Shown here piece by piece: positions 1-9,563 of a stretch of DNA of 64,000 bases. Under the pieces are notes generated by a model that was not told the origin of the DNA, made no database searches, and saw nothing but the letters and a program-made list of their open reading frames with translations. The DNA is taken from positions 1-64,000 of the forward strand of contig JAXLNO010000132.1 in assembly GCA_038087875.1 (NCBI GenBank), written 5' to 3'. The position numbers and the translations under genes are program-made. Each line of letters begins with the position of its first letter. Position 1 is the stretch's first letter. The DNA is from Malacoraja senta (lineage: Eukaryota).

Positions 1-372
1 TCCACAGATTCACCACTCTCTGTGTGGAAAAAAATGTTTTTATCATCTCGGTCCTAAAAGATATCCCCCTTATCCTTAAACTGTGACCCCTTATCCTGGA
101 CTTCCCCAACATCGGGAACAATCTTCCTGCATCTAGCCTGTCCAACCCCTTAAGAATTTTGTAAGTTTCTATAAGATCCCCCCTCAATCTTCTAAATTCT
201 AGCGAGAACAAGCCGAGTCTATCCAGTCTTTCTTCATATGAAAGTCCTGACATCCCAGGAATCAGTCTGGTGAACCTTCTCTGCACTCCCTCTATGGCAA
301 GATTGTCCTTCCTCAGATTTGGAGACCAAAACTGTACGCAATACTCCAGGTGTGGTCTCACCAAGACCCTGT
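1..372 (-). mobile_element. CR1 LINE ORF2 3' fragment
   Basis: Reverse complement encodes the CR1 C-terminal region ([13 protein letters not shown]...); near-identical to copies at 51245-51725 and 55015-55683. Confidence 0.9.
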
Positions 373-374
373 AC

Positions 375-467
375 GGGTGGGTGAGGGTGGTTTTGGGCGG
401 GTGAGGGTGGTTTCAAGTGGGTGAGGGTGGTTTCGGGTGGGTGAGGGTGGTTTTGGGTGGGTGAGGG
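375..467. repeat. 20-bp G-rich tandem repeat (gggtgggtgagggtggtttt), about 4.5 copies
   Basis: Directly visible tandem units. Confidence 0.9.
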
Positions 468-489
468 TAAAAAAAACACAAACCATACG

Positions 490-700
490 TAAGTAAGTAA
501 GTACATTTTATTTATATAGCACGTTTAAATCAACTCGCGTTGAAACCAAAGTACTTTACATAAAAGAAATAATTAAGTTTCCGTACATCCATAGAAAAAA
601 TTAAAAATAAGAAAAAATGACACAACTCATTATAGAATTCAACATGAATGTCCCCCCACAACAGAATCAAAATGTTCCACTGTCCACGGCATCAAAAAGT
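490..700 (-). mobile_element. L2-type LINE 3' tail remnant
   Basis: (aagt)n followed by tttatttatatagcac...aaagtactttaca, the same pattern as the tail of the L2 copy at 62675-62760. Confidence 0.55.
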
Positions 701-1089
701 TACGTCCTCTTCCTCTGTGATCACCCAAATTACATTTTACTCAGATGCAAGCCAAGGAATGGCATAATTGTTAGCTGTGAATTGGACATAATCAACTTCA
801 GCAAATTGACAATATCCTATTGAAGGACAGTGGGTGTTTAAGCTGTCAGGACATTTTATTATTTGCCAAAATATACATCTCAATAGCATAATGATAGAAA
901 ACTTTTCTACACATCACTCGTAAGTCTGGAGATTTTTTTAATGATAAATTTAGCTTCAGAGGCGTATTCTTTTTGCATGTACAAACCCACTTCAGAACCA
1001 TGGCCGATTTTAAAATTTTACAGCCAGATTTATCACTTCTGAAACTTTTTAGATACCAAAGGAATCAAGAAAAAACACAAATAATGCCT

Positions 1090-1312
1090 TGCTGTTGATG
1101 AAATGCAGTGAGCAAACGCGATAATTCCCAATATTTTCAATCTCGATATCTGCACGGCCAATGTTCGCCAAGCACGTTAGCTGTTGTTGTCCCTTCAGCT
1201 CTCGCTTCTCTTTACTTTAATTTTGTTTCATTTTTGGAATTCTGAAGTAGGATAGATGTCTCTCACGGTTACCCCGACTTCCACAATTATTTACAGCGCA
1301 AATATTCGCCAT
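1090..1312 (-). pseudogene. THAP-domain relic, probably from a DNA transposon (Harbinger/ISL2EU-like)
   Basis: Hand translation from ATG at 1312: MANICAVNNCGSRGNRERHLSYFRIPKMKQN*SKEKRELKGQQQLTCLANIGRADIEIENIWNYRVCSLHFIN. C2CH ligands, FRIP and RVCSxHF are retained; one in-frame TAA; the expected conserved Trp appears as Cys. Confidence 0.8.
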
Positions 1313-1445
1313 TTTGGCGGTTTTTAACAGGTAGGAAAGTACGCGTTTCGTGTATTAACAACATATACCGGAAGCTGCGATGTCCTCCAGAGCGGCTCCA
1401 TGCGTCATGCCCTTTGACCCGGTGACCTTGCGTGCAACCCCCCTA

Positions 1446-1547
1446 TACACACACACACACACACACTCGCAGACACACACGCACTCTCAGACACGCATGC
1501 ACTCTCAGACACACACGAACTCTCACGCACACACGCACGCACACAGA

Positions 1548-1582
<35 letters not shown>

Positions 1583-1860
1583 TCACTCACACACACGCAG
1601 ACTCACTCACAGACACAGACTCACTTACACAAACACAGACTCACTCACAGACACACACACACAGACTCACACACACTCACTCACTCAGACTCACTCACAC
1701 AGACTCACTCACTCACAGACTCACTCACACACACACACACAGTCAAACACACACACAGTCAAACACACACACACACAGAAACACACACACACAGTCACGC
1801 ACACACACACACAGTCACTCACACACACACAGTCACTCACACACTGACTCACACACACAC
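1446..1860. repeat. Compound (CA)n/(CACT)n microsatellite
   Basis: Directly visible. Confidence 0.95.
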
Positions 1861-2466
1861 AACCAATACTAAAATGCCAAGTAACTTCAGAACGTGGTAA
1901 ACATAGTGTGGAAACTGAATGATTCAAACATTTAAAGTCTCCAAATTTGCAAACACTTTACTACCAATACATTTTCTGAAAACACACACACAAACACTCA
2001 CAACCAATACTAAAACATTAATAACTCTCTGATTTTTCATCGATGGGAAAAAGCCTCTGGTCCAGCTCAGCGGAGGGTGACTCTGAGCGAGGTGGCCAAG
2101 AATCACTGCTGTAAGTGGCAGCGTTCATTCAGAAATCACGAAACAGAAAGTCAGAAAGTGGTCAAGATCTTAGTTTTAGTAATATAGAAGTAAAAAATTC
2201 AATTCCAAAAATTGCAACGTTGCACTTGTCAAAGTCCACGCCTTCACTTTCCACTCTCTTCACAGTATTCATGTTTATGTTTTTACTGTTTCAGCATAGA
2301 TGACAGACTCATCTTCCTTTGAAGAAACAAGGTTCTGAAAGAGCAAGAAATACCAATTGTATTTAAGACCGTTGCTGTTGTCGCTGTTTAGATCAGTAAA
2401 CAGATTACAGCTTTAATTCATACTTGTACGATCTGGGATTTCATCAACAAGAATCAATATACTTAC

Positions 2467-2510
2467 AGTGCCTGATGCTTGATTGGAGGACAGTGTATTA
2501 TCGCTGCTGC
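2467..2510 (-). other. Candidate 44-nt internal exon of an unidentified minus-strand transcript
   Basis: Acceptor tttgcatttattacag and donor gtaagt on the minus strand, in non-repeat sequence. Confidence 0.35.
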
Positions 2511-2812
2511 CTGTAATAAATGCAAACATCACAATTAAAAATGACACTGGTGGATTATGTTGACAAAGGAAACGACAAATGGAATATAAAAGTCTAAAGT
2601 TTACTACATTTTACTCTTCCTGACAGTAGATCAACAAGACATTGAATTCCAGAAAACCCATCTCTCATCTGTATGCTCATACCTCTGCATGTACAGTGAG
2701 CTGCAGGAATGGTCAGCATGAACAAGACACCCTTATATTGCTATGGAAGGAATCGACTATAAATAAGTGAACTAGCACAGCAATTGACAGAGCAGCAGCC
2801 CGGGCAGGACAT

Positions 2813-3350
2813 AAGCTACGAAGCTGCATCTGTGGCTGGGAAAAGATAACATCAGAGAAGGGTCTCAAGATCCACCAGGGCAGGGAAAAGTGCCTGGGAG
2901 AGCTTGGTGAGGGGCCTCGCATTGACCATTACCTTCTAAGAGGTAGGCCAAATCAGTCGAGTGAAGCCCAGTGGCAGGTTAACCACCACAGTCCACAGGG
3001 TATCAGCACCCCAGGTGAAGCTCAACCAAGTACTGTCCCACCAACGGACATGAGTCCAGAGCCCAACCAGCCACAGTCAGCGGTAGAGAGGAAGATGGAA
3101 GGAGAAAAGCAGAATGGAGCAGTCACTGGCTGTGGCTGAAGAGAAAAGATGCTGTCTAGGCTGCCACGTGACCATCTAGAGGCTAACCATAAGACACACA
3201 CCCAGGGCTGATCACCCTGCGGTGGGCCTGCCTTGACTGAGGGTGTCTTGTGATAAAAGGCCGAAACACCCAGTGATGTTGAGGTACACAACTGAAGATG
3301 TGTCTGATTGGTAGCAAAATCACCTAGTGGTCACCCCCAAGAATATCGGG
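2813..3350 (+). mobile_element. Internally deleted Hero-like (R2-superfamily) non-LTR element
   Basis: N-terminal finger CICGWEKITSEKGLKIHQGREKCL (from 2825) joined near 3105 to the C-terminal motif AExSSHWLWLKRKD; RT and endonuclease absent. Confidence 0.65.
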
Positions 3351-5525
3351 TGTCAGTTGTGGTGAAGAACCTTAGGGATTTTAACATCCAGTCCTACTAA
3401 TCAATATCAAAAATTTGTAATTCAAGGAAGATTGTGCTGATCACTTGTAGCTCAGTCAGGAGTTGTGCAGAAGAATGTTCTTCAGATGGACATAAATGGT
3501 GTCTTGGTTTCACTTCTCATCACCAACGACAATGCACAACAGTGTTGTAACAGCAGCCTGGATGTCACTGGTTGGATCTCTGGAGTGGCTATTGTACCCA
3601 TTCAGAGTAGGCTAGGGGACCAGAACCCACTTAGAGTAGGTTAGGGGACCAGAACACACTCCCTGTAGTTTAGGGGACCAGAACACACTCGGAGAAGGTT
3701 GGGGAGGCTGAACCCACCCAGAGAAGGTTGGGCTCCTAACTGAGCCTCAGCTGACTGTCCCACTTCATGTCGACGGACAGAGTGAGGGACTTTATCCCAG
3801 GAATGCCTGATGCTGTTGTAAAGTGGCCAAAGACAGCAGGGTTTCAGACTACTCAGTGCCAATAATCCTCACTGTGATAAAAGATTAAAACATATTTAAA
3901 TAGTCATTTTACCACCAGATGCTTTTGGCTGGAAGGAGATGGATCCATAATGAATACCTTCCTCTGTATCTGTGGAAATAAGTTGGAAACAATGAATTTA
4001 TTTGTATTTGAAAAAGGATGATTTAAGTCAATGCAGGTCACGATACGAAACACTGATCATCGCTTTCCCTCCATAGATGCTGCTCGACCCATAGAGTACC
4101 TCCAGCAGTTTGAAAAAACCCTCCATGAAAAGTCACATCTCCTAACCTCCTTATTTTGACTTCTTCCTGGGATGGTGGAAATTACAAAGAGAATTTGAGT
4201 TAATTTGGCTTGCGGAGTTTAGAAGAATGACAATGGTTCTCATGGAAACATAGAAACTTCCAACAGGTAGACCAGTCTGGATGGAGGAAGATGTTCCCTG
4301 TTGGGGGAGACCATAACCAGGGGTAAAGGTTTAAGACAAGAGACAATAAGGATGAAGATGAGGAGAACAAAGAATCGGTTACATTCTCTACCACACATTT
4401 GTCTGGAGCCAAATCATTCACTACATTTTAGGAGTTGTTGAATTTATTGACAGATACACAACAATGGCGAGGTACAGGTACAATGAAAATGTTGCCTGCA
4501 GCAGCATCAGAGGCATTTTGACTAAGGCAACACAACACATAAATGAAGCATAAATTACAAAGACCACAGGTTAGTGGAAAAAAAGACTCCAAAACACAAA
4601 CTAGAGACGTCATATGTGGACTAAGATCAAGGAATATGGGGAGATATGATCAGCTGAGGTTCAGTTTAGTTTATTGTCATGTGTGCCGAGGTTCAGGGAA
4701 AAGCTTTTGTTGCATCAGCAGAAAGACAATATATGAACACAATCGATCCCTTTACAGTGGAACACAGTGGAATACAATTGATCCGTACTGTGGAACAAGG
4801 TAAGGAATTGATATTTTTCTCATTAAAACATGAGCAATGTCTGATTTATTGAAAGGTTCCTTCAGATTTTTCAAGAAAGATTACTCTTCATCAAATTCAT
4901 CAGAAATGTGGTCTAAATTCTGGCAAAAACAATATGTCCACCATTTGACCACCAGGGAGATGGCAGCCCTGCCGGCAGTCTGTTCATTTTTTCATCTTTT
5001 TGTTATTTTAGTGTTTGTTAAAAGTTTGATTTAATGTACTTCAGTTTGTTTTATGTGAGGGGGGGTCAGGGGAAACTTTTTTTTTCAGGTCCTTACCTTC
5101 CCGGAGATGTGATTAATTTTTGGATCACATTCTTCGGGCTCTGCTGCCTACCATCGCTGGAGCTGGAAGCCGCCCCGGACTGTCGTGAGACCCACCGCGG
5201 GGCGCGGACTTAACATCGGAGCGGATCCCTTGCCTGGGATCGCTCCCACCGCAGCCTGCGGACTTACCATCAAGGGCTCGCAGTCTCGGGAGAGGCTGAG
5301 TCGGGCGCTCCAACGCTGCAGAAGGTTCAACCAGCCCCGACACGAGGTTTGAACGCCCGGCGCGGGGAGCTGACATCCCCCCGATGCCGCAGCTGAACGG
5401 CTCGACGCGGAGGGCCGAACACAGCCGGCTACGGGAGTTAAGATCATCCCATCAACGGAGGCTCAAGGCGCCCGACCGAGGAAGATCACAAGTGAAGGAG
5501 TTGAACTTTATTTTGCCTTCCATCT

Positions 5526-5890
5526 TAGACCAGTTGGAGTCGGTTGATGCATTTTAGACCAGTTGGAGTCGGTTGATGCTGCTGGAATTGATTCCGAAAA
5601 GAAGAGAGTTACAGTAGTCCAGTCGGGAGGAGATGAAGGCATGGATGAGTCTTTCAGCAGCGGGGGGTGTGAGAGAGGATCTGATTTTTGCAATGTTGCG
5701 GAGGTGAAAAAATGATGTTTTGACAACATGGCGGATGTGAGGCTCAAGGGAGAGGGTTGAGTCAAGGATCACGCCAAGGTTGCGTGCCTGAGGAGATGGG
5801 GAGACAGTGGTGCCGTCGATAGTGAGAGTGGGGTTGTTAATTTTAGTGAGTGTTGATTTGTAGCCAATGAGGAGAAATTCTGTTTTGCTG
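5526..5890 (-). mobile_element. L2 LINE ORF2 fragment
   Basis: KTEFLLIG...ARNLGVILDSTLS...FFHLRNIAKIR...LIHAFISSRLDYCNSLL in ORF 5554-6216. Confidence 0.9.
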
Positions 5891-6158
5891 GTGATGGGAA
5901 CCGCCTCTTTCCCTGAACCCGCACCCTGGTGATGGGAACCCCTCTTTCCCTGAACTCCCACCCTGGTGATGGGAACCCCTCTTTCCCTGAACCTGCACCC
6001 TGGTGATGGGAACCCCCTCTTTCCCTGAACCCCCACCCTGGTGATGGGAATCCCCTCTTTCCCTGAACCCCCACCCTGGTGATGGGAACCCCCATCTTTC
6101 CCTGTACCCCCCACCCTGGTGATGGGAACCCCCTCTTTCCCTGAACCCCCACCCTGGT
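5889..6158. repeat. ~38-bp minisatellite (ggtgatgggaaccccctctttccctgaacccccaccct), about 7 copies
   Basis: Directly visible; inverted copies at 8676-8787. Confidence 0.9.
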
Positions 6159-6741
6159 GTGCATTCTTCCTCAACCACCCCATCACTCTGCCCCTTCCCT
6201 TCCTCTGTACATTCATCTCCCATCCCCAATCCCATACTTCCCTCTTTCCCCTTCCACCAATACCCCTCCAGCTTCACATTTCAACCCTCTTCTCCCCTTA
6301 TCTGACCCCCTTTTGTCCACTTTTCACATCTAGCCTTTGTCACCCACTGCACCCCTCTCCCAACAACCTCCCTCCACTGTATCCACCTCTCAGTTACAAG
6401 ACTTTGACTCTCTCCACCTCTTCTACTTCATCCAACTCCATCTGTCTGAAGGGTCCCATCTCAATGTCATTGATCCATTCACCTTGCAGTCCGGTAGTTG
6501 GTGCCTGAACTGCTGAATGCCTCCAGCACTTTGTCTTTGGACAGAGTCATGTTCCCCGGTTAAAGTACTTGTAGTTGACTCCTGTTACAGGGAACGTAGA
6601 GTTTAATATTTGTGGTATATTAATTTGACTGTTTTGTACATCTTTGTCAGCTCTATCAGGATCTGGTCTTTATGGAGATAGCATTAATGTAAGGCTCCTG
6701 TTTCAAAACCTCTCTTGGGTTTCAGTGTTGGGGGAAAGATT

Positions 6742-7015
6742 GGGCAGCACAGTGGTAGAGTTGCTGCCTCACAGCGCCAGAGACCTGGATTCAATCATGA
6801 CAACATGTGTTGTCTGTAGAGTTTGTATGTTCTCCCTGTGACCACGTGGGTTTTCTCCATGTGTTCTGGCTTCTTCCAACACCAAAGACATTCAGATTTG
6901 TAGGTTAATTGTTTTTAGTAAACTGTCCGTAGTGTGTAGGATGGTGCTAGTGTACGGGGTGATTGCTGGATTGTGCAGACTCGGTGGGCCAGTTTCCACA
7001 CTATCTCTAAAGTAA
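6742..7015 (+). mobile_element. tRNA-derived V-SINE (HE1-like)
   Basis: tRNA-like head (ggcagcacagtggtagagttgctgcctcacagcgccagagacctggattcaatc) followed by a V-domain-like core (gagtttgtatgttctccctgtgaccacgtgggttttctcc). Confidence 0.75.
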
Positions 7016-7442
7016 ATCAATTATTAATTTAAGGTTCTTTTAATTCAGGGTGCTGGAATCTTGAACATAAACATGTGTTGGAGGAACTTGGTTGGTCCGG
7101 CAGCAAACGGATAGATGTGGAGCAAATGGATAGATGTATCTGGTTGGAATCCTTCAGACTGGAGTGGGGGAAAGCTGGGAAAGTGAGATGGGGTGAGGCG
7201 AAGGTTAGCGAGTGATGGGTGGGTAAGGTGAGGGGGTGATTGACGAGTAAGTGACAAAGGTTGGAGATGAAGGTGAGAATGTGTCAGAAGGAGAGGAGGT
7301 GTGAGGTATAAAGTTTGAGGGAGGTATATGGGTGTAATGAATGAATTAGTTTATTGGCCAAATACGTTCACATACAAGGGATTTGCCTTGGTGCTCCGCT
7401 CGCAAGTGACAACGTGACATAGTGACAATTAAGAATGACAAA

Positions 7443-7806
7443 ATGCTTAAGGGGTTGGACAGGCTAGATGCAGGAAGATTGTTTCCGATGTTGGGGAAGT
7501 CCAGGACAAGGGGTCACAGTTAAAGGATAAGGGGGAAGTCTTTTAGGACCGAGATGAGAAAAACATTTTTCACACAGAGAGTGGTGAATCTGTGGAATTC
7601 TCTTCCACAGAAGGTAGTTGAGGCCAGTTCATTGGCTATATTTAAGAGAGAGTTAGATGTGGCCCTTGTGGCTAAAGGGATCAGGGGGTATGGAGAGAAG
7701 GCAGGTACAGGATACTGAGTTGGATGATCAGCCATGATCATATTGAATGGCGGTGCAGGCTCGAAGGGCCGTATGGCCTACTCCTGCACCTATTGTCTAT
7801 GTTTCT
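7443..7806 (+). mobile_element. CR1 LINE 3' end
   Basis: ...RTRGHS..FFTQRVVNLWNSLP coding relic, 3'UTR and ctatgtttcta tail. Confidence 0.9.
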
Positions 7807-7821
7807 AAATGTGAAACTTAC

Positions 7822-7890
7822 CATGTCACATGTAGTGTTCTCCCCGACACTGCCCCTGATACTGTGCCCTTTACCATGGACATTGAAACC
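7822..7890 (-). other. Candidate 69-nt internal exon of an unidentified minus-strand transcript
   Basis: Acceptor ctgtttctgtttgtgcacag and donor ATG|gtaagt; open frame GFNVHGKGHSIRGSVGENTTCDM. Confidence 0.4.
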
Positions 7891-8675
7891 CTGTGCACAA
7901 ACAGAAACAGATAGGAGCATACAGGCAGTTCAAATATCTGGAGAAACACCATGACAAACCAGATACTACTTTAACCGACAAAGAAATACTTTGAATTAAA
8001 TGAGACGTACAAGTAAAGGAACAGTAGTGAAGTTTGGCCCAGTTTATGCAACATTTGGCAGAATGGGGAAGATAGTCTAACCCTGGCAGACTCTTCCTGC
8101 AGCAGAGGACCCAGTCTTTGGAGATCCTGGGTGGAAACTAACACTAATTGGTCACCCCTTTAGAAAGGAGCAGAGAGGAGAGGAAATGGATTCTGGCAAC
8201 AGACACAAACGTACTAAACCAAATATAGATTTAGACCAATTCCAAACAAAGCTACAGTTGGGTGAATGGAAGGGGCAAGATTACCTAATTTAAATGAGTT
8301 AAACACAAGTGTCATGAACATTAAACTACTTTCCCTGCAACAGGAGGCAACTAGGATGACTTTAACCAGGGAATGTAACCTGGTCTAAAACAAAGTGTTG
8401 GAGCTACTCAGTGGGTCAGGCAACATCTGCCTGCCTGCAAAGGGAATGGACAGATGTTTCAGGTTGGGATCCTTCTTCAGACTGATGGAGTAGGGTAGAG
8501 AAAGTGGAAGTGAAACTAACATTAATTGGTCACCTTCACAAAAGAGCAGAGAGGAGAGGAAATGGATTCTGGCAACAAACACACTCAAACCAAATGTAGA
8601 TTTAGACAAATTCCAAAACTATAGTAGGGTGAATGGCAGGATTGATAATTTGTAATGAGACTTCAAGTGTCATGG

Positions 8676-8787
8676 TGCAGGGAAAGAGGGGGTTCTCATC
8701 ACCAGGGTGGGGGGTGCAGGGAAAGAGGTGGTTCCCATCACCAGGGTGGGGGGGGGGGTGCAGGGAAAGAGGGGGTTCCCATCACCA
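8676..8787. repeat. Inverted copies (about 3) of the 38-bp minisatellite
   Basis: gcagggaaagagggggttcccatcaccag is the reverse complement of the 5889-6158 unit. Confidence 0.9.
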
Positions 8788-8835
8788 GTATGCTGATTTC
8801 CCACCTCCATGCCACATTTCCCTTTTATCCTGGGT

Positions 8836-9030
8836 TAGCCTCTACTTCCTGAGAAGATTACCGAGAGTCGGTTTGTCAAGGAGGACTCTCTCTAACTTCT
8901 ACAGGTGCACAGTAGAGAGCATGCTGACCGGTTGCATCGTGGCTTGGTTCAGCAACTTGAGCGCCCTGGAGAGGAAAAGACTACAAAAAGTAGTAAACAC
9001 TGCCCAGTCCATCACCGGCTCTGACCTTCC
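8836..9030 (+). mobile_element. Rex1/Babar LINE fragment
   Basis: LYFLRRL...FYRCTVESMLTGCIVAWF...LQKVVNTAQSITG. Confidence 0.8.
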
Positions 9031-9205
9031 ACACACACACACACGCACGCACGCACGCACACACACACACACACACTCACCCTCCACCTCACACACACCC
9101 TCCACCTCACACACGCACACACACACACTCACCCTCCACCTCACACACACACCCTCCACCACACACACACACACCCTCCACCTCACACACACACACACAC
9201 CTCCA

Positions 9206-9241
<36 letters not shown>

Positions 9242-9526
9242 ACACATACACACACACCCTCCACCTCACACACACACACACACCCTCCACCTCACACACA
9301 CACACACACACCCTCCACCTTACTCACTCACACATACACCCTCCACCTCACACACACACACTCACACACACACACTCCACCTCACACACACACACTCACA
9401 CACATCATCCACCTCTCACACAAACACACTCACACAGACACACACACAGACACACACACACGGATAGACATACACGCACACAGACATACATACAGACACA
9501 CACACACACAGAGACACACACACAGA

Positions 9527-9563
<37 letters not shown>

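Noticed and set aside
4955..5520. CpG-rich segment as a promoter or gene
   Set aside because: No coherent ORF or motif cluster; looks like an unclassified dispersed repeat, which I cannot confirm without a search
5554..6216. 220-aa chimeric ORF as a novel gene
   Set aside because: Chance read-through from the 38-bp minisatellite into an L2 fragment
6742..6800. Possible tRNA gene
   Set aside because: A/B-box-like head continues into a SINE body; no complete cloverleaf
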